This document shows positions 1 through 9,681 of a DNA stretch of 64,000 bases, one piece after another. The stretch comes from an uncultured delta proteobacterium (GTDB lineage Bacteria > Desulfobacterota > Binatia > UBA9968): contig CAVSLC010000019.1 of the NCBI GenBank assembly GCA_963728565.1, positions 160,001 to 224,000 of the forward strand, given 5' to 3'. Each line of letters opens with the position of its first letter. Position 1 is the stretch's first letter. The notes under the pieces were generated by a model. That model was not told the origin of the DNA. It did no database searches and saw only the letters and a list, made by a program, of their open reading frames with translations. Both the position numbers and the translations under genes were made by a program.

Positions 1-75
1 GTGCGAACTCCAACTCAGTGCGGCATAGCTAACGATGCGACAAAAAATCAAACCTTCTTATCGGGACCTGAGCGG

Positions 76-311
76 TCACTTTCTCAGCTCCGCGGCTTTC
101 GCCGCCATATACGGTTCCTTACTCGCCAAGATAATTTCCGTGAGGTAGTTGACGTAGTTGATCTCCGCCCAGCGCCGGGTCGGTTTACACCGCGCTCAAC
201 GATCCGTTATCGACCCGCAATCTTCTGTATTCATTCAGCGGCAATTTCATATAGTGGCACAAAATCACCCGGATAACTTCGCCAGGCGAAAAGAAATCGG
301 CCGCCCGGCAC
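76..311 (-). pseudogene. Decayed duplicate of the 3' third of the histidine-phosphatase gene at 1898-2548
   Basis: Minus strand reads VPGGRFLFA/GEVIRVILCHYMKLPLNEYRRLRVDNGSLSAV*TD/RWAEINYVNYLTEIILASKEPYMAAKAAELRK*, nearly the same as the C-terminus of the 1898-2548 protein, but with an in-frame stop and two frameshifts. Confidence 0.9.
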
Positions 312-430
312 TGTTCGTCGTTTTGAACAAGTCAGACATCGTGGCGGGCGGCCGAGGCTTTTTTACTTGTCATCTCGGCAGTCAGATCCGATCCTGATAT
401 TCGATTCGGCCCTGGGGAATCAGTTACGAG

Positions 431-988
431 CTACTTGCCGGAGTTGTTGATCTTAGCGAACTCCTCAACGAAGGATTTCGCTTTGAAGCTGTCGTTGATC
501 TTAGGTTTATCGCCCTTGTAGATGATATTCAGTTCTCCCAGATATTCCTGCAGCGGTAGCGGTTTGATGGCAAATGCCATGGCAGGTTCGTCGCTGGTGA
601 TATGATGCTGATGCCACACGCCTTGACCGACATAGAGAGTATCGCCTGGTTTCCAATCGATCCGCTCGCCATCCAGAATGCTATACCCGGTGCCACGAAG
701 GATAATAATAATCGCTTCGTTGTGTTTGTGCGTAACCGAGTTGGAATGAGGCGGATAGATGTGACAGTCGACCTCGATGATGCGGTTGTCGAAGCCCAGC
801 TCCTGGGTGCAAAGGCTGCCAAACCAAACGCCGTTGGTTGGTTCCCATTCCATTTTGACGTCTTCCGCCTTGAGCGCCTTGCGCCCGGCTTTGCGTTTGG
901 CTGCATCTGCCTTGCGGCGATCCATCCGCGCCTTGAAAAGCGAACACTCGCCCTGCTCCCATAGTTCCTTATTTTCGGTATCTGCCAT
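431..988 (-). CDS. Cupin domain protein
   Basis: Cupin metal motifs HKHNEA and WHQH; GGAGG RBS upstream. Confidence 0.85.
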   Translation of the reverse strand: MADTENKELWEQGECSLFKARMDRRKADAAKRKAGRKALKAEDVKMEWEPTNGVWFGSLCTQELGFDNRIIEVDCHIYPPHSNSVTHKHNEAIIIILRGTGYSILDGERIDWKPGDTLYVGQGVWHQHHITSDEPAMAFAIKPLPLQEYLGELNIIYKGDKPKINDSFKAKSFVEEFAKINNSGK

Positions 989-1093
989 TTGTAAATGCCT
1001 CCTTGAATATTGTCGATCCTGATTCTTGCACTATAGCAACGTCCAGCACTGAGATCTCGCTTGGCGGAATAACGATTGCCCATCCTTACGTCG

Positions 1094-1510
1094 TCATTCA
1101 ACGGGGAGAATCGTAATTCGAAGCTCCGATCGAAGCAATTCAAAGTCCGAATGATTGGCAGTAACAACGGTTGCTCCATAGCGCCGTGCGGTGAGTGCAA
1201 TTAAAGCGTCGTTCTGAAAATCCCGACGCTTGTGTATGTCCCAATTCTGCTTATCGCCGAGTTTTCTGATAAGCCTCCCTGCCTCCCACCAGTCAGCTAC
1301 CGAAGGCTCCCAGCGCACCGTGGCCAGTTCAAATAGGGCGAGCACGAGTCGCTCGGGCTCACTCCCACGAGCACCGCGCCGAAGCTCGGACAACACCACT
1401 GCTGAATGGCGAATAATGTAGGCTCGCCTGAGACTCTCCATAGTTTCCTGATACAACCCGCGCTCCCAATGATCGATGTAGATACTGGTGTCCAGAATCG
1501 CTACAGCCAT
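1094..1510 (-). CDS. vapC: PIN-domain toxin (VapC family)
   Basis: ILDTSIYI start, VLSEL and NDALIALTA...VTANHSDF acidic PIN motifs; 138 aa; follows a small upstream ORF. Confidence 0.9.
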   Translation of the reverse strand: MAVAILDTSIYIDHWERGLYQETMESLRRAYIIRHSAVVLSELRRGARGSEPERLVLALFELATVRWEPSVADWWEAGRLIRKLGDKQNWDIHKRRDFQNDALIALTARRYGATVVTANHSDFELLRSELRITILPVE

Positions 1511-1511
1511 G

Positions 1512-1715
1512 TCAGGACTTTTCCACGCTGCCCGGTCTGAGAGAACGGCGCGTTTTTATCATAAACTCCCAAAACTCCTCCATTTCTGCGACGCGCTCAA
1601 CGGACAATCGAATGACTTCCGCCTCCGTCTTTACCCCAAGGGCTTTTTTGGCGCGCTTAAGCGCGCGTTCATCGACAAAATAAGATTTGCGTTTTAGTTT
1701 CGCTCTCGGTGCCAT
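1512..1715 (-). CDS. vapB: Antitoxin of type II TA pair (VapB-like)
   Basis: 67-aa basic protein (VDERALKRAKKALGVKTEAEVI) ending 1 nt before the vapC ATG; GGAGG RBS. Confidence 0.8.
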   Translation of the reverse strand: MAPRAKLKRKSYFVDERALKRAKKALGVKTEAEVIRLSVERVAEMEEFWEFMIKTRRSLRPGSVEKS

Positions 1716-1749
1716 TTGACCTCCAGATTATTTCAGGTGGTGTGCATAC

Positions 1750-1778
1750 ATCATAGAAGAGATAGGCATATCCATCAA
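1750..1778 (-). promoter_or_regulatory. Putative sigma70 promoter of vapBC
   Basis: Minus strand TTGATG-N17-TATGAT just upstream of vapB. Confidence 0.55.
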
Positions 1779-1897
1779 GCCGCTGGTTGGCTCACCACGG
1801 TGTTTGAGCAGTTGCGTTGGTTCGCAGAGGTGCCCCAAAGTTCTTGTTTTTGGTGAAGAAGGAAGAATTAGCCGAGGCTTGACCGAATCATCGGCGA

Positions 1898-2548
1898 TTA
1901 CTTTCTCAATGCCGTGGCTTTCGCTGCCATATAGGGTTCTTTACTCGCCAAGATGATTTCGTGGAGATAATTGACATATTTGATTTCCGCCCACCGTCCG
2001 TTTGTTTGCAGAGCGCTCAACGATCCGTTGTCGACCCGTAGTCTTCTATATTCATTGAGCGGCAATTTCATGTAGTGGCAAAGAATCGCCCGGATGACGT
2101 CGCCATGGGAAACGAAAAGAAATCGGCCGTCCGGGACTTTGTGCGCGGCTTCGTCGATCACCTTCAAGCCGCGCCTCTGCACGTCGGAGATGGTTTCTCC
2201 CCCCAGCAGGAGAGTCTTTGCCGGCGACTTGATGAAGCGGCGATAAAGCTCGTCATCGATCAGATCTTCGAAATACCGGCCCGCCCATTCGCCGTAGGCG
2301 ATCTCGTTCAATCCTTCGCTCTTGCAAATTGGTAACTTCGTTTCCGCCGCGACGACTTTGGCGGTTTGCACCGCCCGCCGTAGCGGACTGCTGTAGATGC
2401 CATCGAGCTCCAGCGTTGCAACCAGCGGCGCAATCTTTTGTATCTGTTGGACTCCATCGGCACCGAGTGGCACCTGGGTGCGCCCCATGACTCGTCCTAA
2501 CTTGTTCCAGGCAGTTTCACCGTGACGCAGTAAAAAGACAGTTACCAT
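1898..2548 (-). CDS. Histidine phosphatase (phosphoglycerate mutase superfamily)
   Basis: LLRHGETAWN, SSPLRRAVQTA and VSHGDVIR motifs. Confidence 0.92.
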   Translation of the reverse strand: MVTVFLLRHGETAWNKLGRVMGRTQVPLGADGVQQIQKIAPLVATLELDGIYSSPLRRAVQTAKVVAAETKLPICKSEGLNEIAYGEWAGRYFEDLIDDELYRRFIKSPAKTLLLGGETISDVQRRGLKVIDEAAHKVPDGRFLFVSHGDVIRAILCHYMKLPLNEYRRLRVDNGSLSALQTNGRWAEIKYVNYLHEIILASKEPYMAAKATALRK

Positions 2549-2562
2549 TTACACGAAGCTCC

Positions 2563-2592
2563 AAAAAAAAGGGCCGGCTTCGCGCCGGCCCT
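2563..2592 (-). terminator. Rho-independent terminator after moeB
   Basis: Minus strand AGGGCCGGC-GCGAA-GCCGGCCCT hairpin followed by a T run. Confidence 0.85.
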
Positions 2593-2621
2593 GCATGTAC
2601 CGATTGATTTAAGACCTAGAC

Positions 2622-3791
2622 TCAGTGTCGCAAACTGCAGAACTCTTCGTAATCGATCAATTCCTTGATCGTCGGGTTATCGCCGCACATCGGGCACTTC
2701 GGATCGCGGCGCAACTTCAAGGTATTGATTTCCATCGTCAAGGTGTTGAAGCACAGCAGCCGGCCGATCAAGCTGTCGCCTTTGTCGAGAATGAGCTTGA
2801 TGGCTTCCAACGCTTCAATGACGCCGATCAATCCCGGCAGGACGCCCAATACCCCGGCTTCCGCGCAACTCGGCGCCATCTCGGCCGGTGGCGGTTCCGG
2901 GTACAAGCAGCGATAGCAGGGGCCTTTGCCCGGATAAAAAACCGTTGCCTGCCCTTCGAACTGAAAAATGCTGCCATGAACGTTTGGCTTGCCCATCAAA
3001 ACGCAAGCATCGTTGACCAGATATCGGGTGGGGAAATTATCGCAACCGTCGACGACGAAATCGTAATCTTTAAGGATCTCCATGATGTTTTCGGAGGTGA
3101 GCTTTGCCTGATAGGGGATCACCTTCACGTCGGGATTGAGACCTTCCAGAGTTTTTTTCGCCGACTCGACCTTGGGTGTGCCGACCCGATCGTTTGCATG
3201 GAGTATCTGGCGCTGCAAATTGGAAATATCGACGACGTCGTTGTCGATGATACCCAAAGTGCCGACTCCGGCGGCTGCCAGATAATACGCCGCCGGTGAA
3301 CCTAGACCGCCGGCGCCGACCATTAGAATTTTTGCTCCGAGGAGTTTGGCTTGCCCTTCCTCACCGACTTCCGGCAGCAGGAAATGCCGGCTGTAGCGAA
3401 CCAGTTGCTCGGGCGTGTATTGAAAATCTTGCACCCATTTGTAACCGGCGTTCTTCCAGGCGGCGTATCCTCCGGACATCGACGTAACGTTTTGATAACC
3501 CATCTCTTTTAAAATTTTGCCTGCCAGAAGCGATCGGGTTCCGCCGGCGCAGTACGCAATGATCGGCGTGTTCTTTTCCGGCACTGCGGTTTCAACTTTA
3601 ATCTCGAGGAAACCGCGTGGCAGTGAAAGCGCTCCCTCGAGATGCCCCTCACGCCATTCATCTTTTTCTCGAACATCGAGCAGAACGTGGCCTTTGCCGT
3701 TGTTGGTCAAAAGGTCGTTTACCTGTTGCGCCGTGACCTCCGGAATTTCCTTGCGCGCGTCGGCCATAATCTCTTGGAACGTCTTGGCCAT
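2622..3791 (-). CDS. moeB: Rhodanese-ThiF/MoeB adenylyltransferase fusion (MoeZ/MoeB-like)
   Basis: N-terminal rhodanese (LLDVRE, YCAGGTRS), then RYSRH, GAGGLGS, SNLQRQ and two CxxC zinc motifs. Confidence 0.92.
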   Translation of the reverse strand: MAKTFQEIMADARKEIPEVTAQQVNDLLTNNGKGHVLLDVREKDEWREGHLEGALSLPRGFLEIKVETAVPEKNTPIIAYCAGGTRSLLAGKILKEMGYQNVTSMSGGYAAWKNAGYKWVQDFQYTPEQLVRYSRHFLLPEVGEEGQAKLLGAKILMVGAGGLGSPAAYYLAAAGVGTLGIIDNDVVDISNLQRQILHANDRVGTPKVESAKKTLEGLNPDVKVIPYQAKLTSENIMEILKDYDFVVDGCDNFPTRYLVNDACVLMGKPNVHGSIFQFEGQATVFYPGKGPCYRCLYPEPPPAEMAPSCAEAGVLGVLPGLIGVIEALEAIKLILDKGDSLIGRLLCFNTLTMEINTLKLRRDPKCPMCGDNPTIKELIDYEEFCSLRH

Positions 3792-3820
3792 GATTCCTCC
3801 TTCTTGGACCTAGAAGGTCT

Positions 3821-3849
3821 AAGTTAAGCCTCGCCAAAAACAATGTCAA
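3821..3849 (-). promoter_or_regulatory. Putative sigma70 promoter of moeB
   Basis: Minus strand TTGACA-N17-TAACTT, followed by an AGGAGG RBS. Confidence 0.6.
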
Positions 3850-3910
3850 GGAAGGGAAGACACAACTGAACCGCCCATCACAAACTATAACTGTTCAAAG
3901 CCGCCAGTGT

Positions 3911-4804
3911 TCATCTTGTCCTCGGATCGAGCAGATCGCGCAATGCATTACCGACCGTGTTGAACGCCAGTATGGTCAGAACAATGGCGGCGGCGGGGAA
4001 AAAAATAATGTGCGGGTACGCGCGCATCGCGCGCCAGCCGTCCTGCGCCAGCGTTCCCCAGCTGGTGCCCCAGCCGCTGTACGGATCGTTGATTCCCAAG
4101 CCGATAAAGCTAAGCGTCGATTCGGCCAGAATCGCCGCCGGGATGCTGAAGGTCAAGGTGACCAGGATCGGACCGAGAATGTTGGGCAGAATGTGGCGCA
4201 TCAATATCCTGCGCCGGGGCGCGCCCATGGCGCGCGCGCCCTCAACGTAGACAAATTCCTTGGCCTGCAAAACTTGCCCCCGGGTGATGCGCGCGAAGCG
4301 CACCCAGGTTACCAAACCCAAGGCAACCAAGAGGCCGCCGATGCTCTTGCCGAACAGCAGCGACAATAGAATAAAGATCAACAGGTCGGGCAATCCATAG
4401 AAGATGTCGACAAGCCGCATCATGAAGTCGTCGATGTGGCCGCCTTTGAATCCCGAGACCAGTCCATAGGTTGTGCCGATGATTAAGGCGATCAACGCGG
4501 TTCCGATTCCCACGGTCATCGACACTCTCGCACCATATAAGACGCGGGTTAACAGGTCGCGACCGAGCGCGTCCGTGCCCATCGGATGAGTCCATGACGG
4601 TCCCGCGAGAAGATTGTCTTCTCGCAGCTCGCCTGAACCGTACGGCGAGATCCAGGGCACGGCAAATCCGCTAAGCAAAACGATCATGATAAAAACAGCG
4701 CTGGCGCCGGCCAACGCATCAAAGCGGCGGAAGTTGCGAATCTGGGTGGTTGCTGTCGTCATGCGCCGCTCATTGGCTGCGGATTCGCGGATCGACAATT
4801 CCAT
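3911..4804 (-). CDS. oppC: Oligopeptide ABC transporter permease (true start perhaps 4762)
   Basis: HPMGTDALGRD, GARVS, EGARAMGA (EAA loop), HILPN. Confidence 0.9.
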   Translation of the reverse strand: MELSIRESAANERRMTTATTQIRNFRRFDALAGASAVFIMIVLLSGFAVPWISPYGSGELREDNLLAGPSWTHPMGTDALGRDLLTRVLYGARVSMTVGIGTALIALIIGTTYGLVSGFKGGHIDDFMMRLVDIFYGLPDLLIFILLSLLFGKSIGGLLVALGLVTWVRFARITRGQVLQAKEFVYVEGARAMGAPRRRILMRHILPNILGPILVTLTFSIPAAILAESTLSFIGLGINDPYSGWGTSWGTLAQDGWRAMRAYPHIIFFPAAAIVLTILAFNTVGNALRDLLDPRTR

Positions 4805-5687
4805 AAAGCAGGTCGACGATAAGATTCGCGCTGACCAGGAGAGCCGTATAGATAAGCGTCACACCCATGATCAACGGATAATCCCGATCGGTCACCGCGG
4901 TGATGAAGAAACGCCCCATGCCGGGAATCGCAAAGACGTATTCGACCACGAAAGACCCGGTGAGGAGCGTCGCGGTCAGCGGTCCCATGACCGTGAGCAT
5001 GGGAATCAGCGACTGACTAAGGGCGTGCTTGAACAGCACACCGGCTTCGGTGATGCCCTTGGCGCGGGCGGTACGGATAAAATCTTCGCCCAAGGTTTCG
5101 ATCAATGACGAACGCAGCAGCGCCGAGAGATACGCAGCCGGCGCGGCGCCCAACGTAATAGTCGGTAGGACCGCGCTGCTGAGAGCGTCCCAACGAGCTG
5201 CGTGAAACCAATTGAGCTGGAGAGCCAGCGCCCATATCAATACTGCGCCGAGAATAAAATGAGGCACGGATATTCCGATGGATGCCGAGATCATCAACCA
5301 TCGATCAATCCATGAGCCGCGGCAATAGGCGGCGAACAGGCCGACGGGAATCGAGACTGCAAGCGCGAAGCCGATCGCGAGCGCTCCCAGGAGCGCCGAG
5401 GTCGGCAAGGTATCGCGGACAATATCATTGACGCCCCGATCCAAATACTTATACGAAGGTCCGAGGTCGCCGCGGAGGACGCCGGCGAGATAGCGGAGAT
5501 ACTGCTTGAAGAAAGATTCGTCGAGATGATACTTGGCTTCGAGATTGGCAACGACTTGCGGCGGAAGTTTGCGCTCGCGGTCAAAAGGCCCGCCCGGGGT
5601 CAAGCGCAAAAGCACGAATGTCAAGCTGGCGACGACCCAGAGAACGGCAACGCCGTGGCAAATTCGTTTCAGCAGAAACGGCGCCAT
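4770..5687 (-). CDS. oppB: Oligopeptide ABC transporter permease
   Basis: PGGPF, GDLGPS, TARAKG, RDYPLIMG, DPRIR motifs. Confidence 0.92.
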   Translation of the reverse strand: MAPFLLKRICHGVAVLWVVASLTFVLLRLTPGGPFDRERKLPPQVVANLEAKYHLDESFFKQYLRYLAGVLRGDLGPSYKYLDRGVNDIVRDTLPTSALLGALAIGFALAVSIPVGLFAAYCRGSWIDRWLMISASIGISVPHFILGAVLIWALALQLNWFHAARWDALSSAVLPTITLGAAPAAYLSALLRSSLIETLGEDFIRTARAKGITEAGVLFKHALSQSLIPMLTVMGPLTATLLTGSFVVEYVFAIPGMGRFFITAVTDRDYPLIMGVTLIYTALLVSANLIVDLLYGIVDPRIRSQ

Positions 5688-7212
5688 GAATATTCGATCA
5701 GTTCGGTTACCGAAAGACCGCCCGTCTTAGGCGTAAAGATTACCGCGGGCGCGGCCGCTCTTTTTTCAAGCGCCAAGGTCATTCCTTTGGTTTGGACATA
5801 GATCTGACTGCATTCGCGCCGGGTAAGTTGTTGCAGCAGCATCAGCAGAGGCGTTCTTGCGCTGATGTACTCTTTCGGAGCGCCGGCATCGCGCAGCGCA
5901 TCGACATCGTCTTTGCCGACGACATAATACATCAGCAACTGGTCGTCGTTGACAGAGGAGCCGCCAAATTTGTCTCGAACCTCTTCGAGGGTCGGTTGCG
6001 GCGGCACCCAAGCGGCAAACTCTTTGGCGCGCGGACCGCTTAGCAACTTGTCTTTGATATTGGGATCGACTTCGGATGCTGCTTCTTCGCCCCATAAGCC
6101 GGTTGCATATTGAATCACTTGATCGGTGACTTGGCCGTATCGTTCTCCCTTGATCACGTTGATGGCAGCCTGGCTGCCGACGAACTGCGAAAAAGGCGTG
6201 ACCATGATCGGATAACCGAGATCGGCGCGGACTTGCACCGCCTCCTCGAGGATCTTCGGCAGTAAATGGATCAATCCCAAATTGCGCAGCTGATGATGAA
6301 AGTTAGAGATCATGCCGCCGGGGACCTGGTGGACATACTGGGCATAGTCGTATTCCACGGGCGCGCCGAGAGGCAACTCTTCCTGCTTGGCGAAAACCGT
6401 GAGATCACGGGCTACCGATCCGAGCTCTTGCTCGTCGATGACCGGTGAGTAACCCAAAGCCCGGGCATTCTGGGCGACGTTGAAAATCGATGGATTCGAA
6501 GAAGCGTTGGCCAGGGGCGGAACCGATGTGTCTATTACCTGGACGCCCAGTTTCACCGCTTCCAGCGCGCACAGCGGACCTAAGCCGGTGGTGCAGTGAA
6601 CATGGAGCTCGATAGGAAAACCGGGCGCTTGTTCTTGAATCACTTTGATCAGGGCAGCCGTGCGCTCGGGAGTCAGCAGTCCGCCGGGATCTTTTAAGCA
6701 GATGTAGTCCGGTTTGAGCGCCGGCGGCTTCGCCTGCCTTACGCCGGTAGTAATCCATCGGTGTGTTTGGGCGAAACTGAAAAGATTAGATTCAGCACCG
6801 TGCCGAGGCCGTTGCGCTTGGCCCGGCTGACGGATTTACGCCAACCCGCGGGATCGTTGGCGGGATCGGAGATTCGTAGCTGCTTGATGCCATTGGCGAC
6901 CAGGCGCTCAAACCAGAGCTCGACAACCGAATCCGGGGTCAACTCGAATGCGCTGATGCGTTCGGCGCCGATTGCGCGCAGCGGAGTTTTCCTGATTTTA
7001 TCGGCAACCAGGCGAATGCGCTCAAAGGGATCTTCCTTGAGCTCGCGCACGCATTTTTTGATGTGACTGGAAGCGATCAGCTCGATGGCTTGAAAGCCGG
7101 CATTGTCGATGCGTTCCGCTACCGCCAACATCATGCCAGTGCGCATATTCTCCGCCCACAGGCTGGCTTGCCCATCGCGCAGGGTTGTATCGACGAATCT
7201 TACTTCACTCAT
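5669..7212 (-). CDS. Pyruvate carboxylase subunit B / oxaloacetate decarboxylase alpha-type carboxyltransferase without biotin domain; frameshifts near 6755 and 6722
   Basis: DTTLRDGQ, LKDPGG, LHVHCTTG, HQVPGGMISN and YPIMVTPFSQFVG motifs spread over three frames. Confidence 0.85.
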
Positions 7213-7225
7213 GTTCTATCCTTGG

Positions 7226-7351
7226 CAGGCTGTTGAAAAAGGCTCACCTGCGTCGTTGCGCTTGCTCGACTCGCTTCAACGTACTGCAAGCGTACGTTCC
7301 GCTCGTCGATTTATCGCGCGCCTCGCATCTGAGACCTTTTTGAACAGCCTG
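7226..7351. repeat. MITE-like palindromic element, copy 1
   Basis: 17-bp terminal inverted repeats caggctgttgaaaaagg / cctttttgaacagcctg (1 mismatch); intergenic. Confidence 0.75.
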
Positions 7352-7409
7352 TAATTTCAGCTTGGATGATACGGTGCCGCAAAAGAGTTATTCCCATCTT
7401 TTAAAATCG

Positions 7410-7487
7410 CGTCATTCCCGAATGCTTTAGCGGGAGTCCACGCCGGACCGGAACTGGACCCAGCGATTAAACTAGTCGGCAGTGACG
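7410..7487. repeat. REP-like doublet, copy 1
   Basis: cgtcattcccgaatgctttagcgggagtcca ... actggacc...gtgacg; a related copy lies in inverted orientation at 56253-56328. Confidence 0.75.
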
Positions 7488-7552
7488 TCCTGAAGTAAAT
7501 TCTATCATTATACTCTAATAACTCTGCAGCTTTCACGTATAATTCATTGCAT

Positions 7553-8913
7553 TCAAGCCGGTGAGTATTCCTCCAGCTTCTTTTCGAGCCAGCGGGTATT
7601 CACATGACCGCTCTGATAGTCCTGGTCATCGATGACGGTTTGCAGAAACGGAATTCCGGTGTCGATGCCGGCGACATGGAAGGAAGCCAGGGCTTGCCGC
7701 GTTTTGTTGATTGCCTCGATCGCGATTGGCGCCATGGACGATCAGCTTGGCCAATAACGAATCATAATAGGGCGGCACGAAGTAACCGGAGTAGCAGTGG
7801 CTGTCGACGCGAACGCCCGCGCCATCTGGAGCCTGCCAGTTGGAGATCCGACCGGGGCAGGGGCGGAAACCGTGTTGCGGCGATTCGGCGTTGATGCGGC
7901 ATTCGATAGCATGGCCGGTGAAAGTGATATCCGACTGCTCCAACGACAGCGGTTGGCCGCCGGCGATCAAGTAGTTGTTGCGCGACCAGATCGACGCCGG
8001 TAATCATTTCAGTGACCGGATGCTCGACCTGAATTCTGGTATTCATCTCGAGAAAGAAAAATTCCTGCGTTTCGTTATCGTAAATGAATTCGATGGTGCC
8101 GGCGTTGCGATAGCCGATGCTGCGAGCCAAAGTCGCCGCGGCATCACAAATCTTTGCCCGCACGTCGGCGGCGAGGGCATAGGCGGGCGCCTCTTCGATA
8201 ATTTTTTGATGACGGCGCTGCAGCGAGCAGTCACGTTCGCCCAGGTGAACGACCTTGCCGAAATGATCGCCCAATATCTGAACTTCGATATGCCGCGCAT
8301 CGCCGACGTAGCGTTCCATGTAAAGCGTGTTGTTGCCAAATGCCGCTTGCGCCTCTGCGGCTGCCGTTTTGAAGGTCATTTCCATTTCCGCGGCGTTCGA
8401 GACCAGCTTGATGCCCCGGCCTCCGCCGCCGGCCGATGCTTTGAGCAAGATGGGATAGCCGACGTTCTCGGCCAGCTGAGCAGCTTCCTCTGGAGTCCTG
8501 GCGTGGTCGGATCCCGGCACCGTAGGAACACCGGAGGAGCCGGCGATTTGCCTGGCTTGAAGCTTGTCGCCCATGACGGTGATGTTTTCGACACTGGGCC
8601 CGACAAATGTCAGTTTGTTATCGGCGCAAGCTTGCGCGAGCTCGGCTCGCTCGGAGAGAAAGCCGTAGCCTGGATGAAGCGCGTCGCAACCGGTAGCCTG
8701 GGCGGCGGCGACCAAGGTTGCCGTTCTCAAATAGCTGTCGGTCGACCGCGGCGGGCCGATGCATACCGATCGGCTGGCTAATTTTGCCGCGAGACTTTCG
8801 CGATCCGCTTCGGAAACGGCGGCAACGGTTTCGATCCCCAAAGACTGGCAGGCCTTGATAATACGGACGGCGATTTCGCCGCGATTGGCAACGAGAACTC
8901 GGTTAACGCTCAT
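7553..8913 (-). CDS. accC: Biotin carboxylase; frameshifts near 7970 and 7735
   Basis: [59 protein letters not shown]. Confidence 0.92.
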
Positions 8914-9420
8914 GGTTTAACGAGAAAGAGCGTCTGACCGTATTCGACGAATTGACCATTTTGAGCGACAGCTTCAACGATGGTTCCTTTGACGCCGGCG
9001 CGAACGCTATTGAAAACCTTCATCACTTCGATGAGTCCGACGGTTGTGTCTTCGGTGACATTGGCGCCGACGTGAGTGAACGGCGGGGCGCCGGGCTCCG
9101 GGGCTACATAAAACGTCCCGAGAAGCGGGGCCGTGACCGTGAGCAGTCCTTCGGCGGCGGCGCGGGCTTCCACGCTGGCGGGCGCGGTTGTGCGCAGGCG
9201 CAGCGGCGGCCGCTGCCGGTGCAGCTGCCGGTTTCGCGCTCACAGGCGCGGGTGGCGCGGTGGTCGCCGTAGCGACCTGCTGCGGCGAGGAGTTGAGCGG
9301 GATCGGCTCCCCTTTGCTAACGGTAATTTTGAGCTCGCCTACTTCAAGCTGGAAGTAATCGAATTTGGATTCATCGATCAGTTTCAATATATGCAGCACA
9401 TCATCTTCGCTGAGTTCCAT
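8910..9420 (-). CDS. accB: Biotin carboxyl carrier protein; frameshift near 9190
   Basis: AccB-like N-terminus, Ala/Pro linker, APLLGTFY and IEVMK biotinylation motif; its stop overlaps the accC start (ATGA). Confidence 0.9.
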
Positions 9421-9533
9421 ACCGTCTACCTTTCTCGTGATGTTTGTTGCACTGCGGAAGGATTCCGGAAGCGCTGGGTTCTAATGGCACCTACATGATT
9501 TTATGCGCCATGGCAACAATAGTCGCTGGCTCC

Positions 9534-9669
9534 GGTTCCAATCATTCCAGACGTTCCAGTCGCTGCGCTCGTTCGATACGTGCGACTGATGAGATACTTG
9601 CTACGCTTCGGTTTTAGACGCGTCAGCATAACGATTTGAACGATTTGAGCTGCTTGAACGTTTTGAACC
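9534..9669. repeat. Two inverted arrays of degenerate 9-mers (consensus about CGTTCMAAT)
   Basis: Left ggttccaat/cattccaga/cgttccagt/cgctgcgct/cgttcgata; right acgatttga/acgatttga/gctgcttga/acgttttga. Confidence 0.6.
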
Positions 9670-9681
9670 TCGCCGTTTTTC

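Noticed and set aside
2625-3299. Long antisense ORFs (also 7975-8781, 11299-12126, 40326-41237, 56380-57378)
   Set aside because: Shadows of well-supported genes on the opposite strand, expected in GC-rich DNA; no motifs
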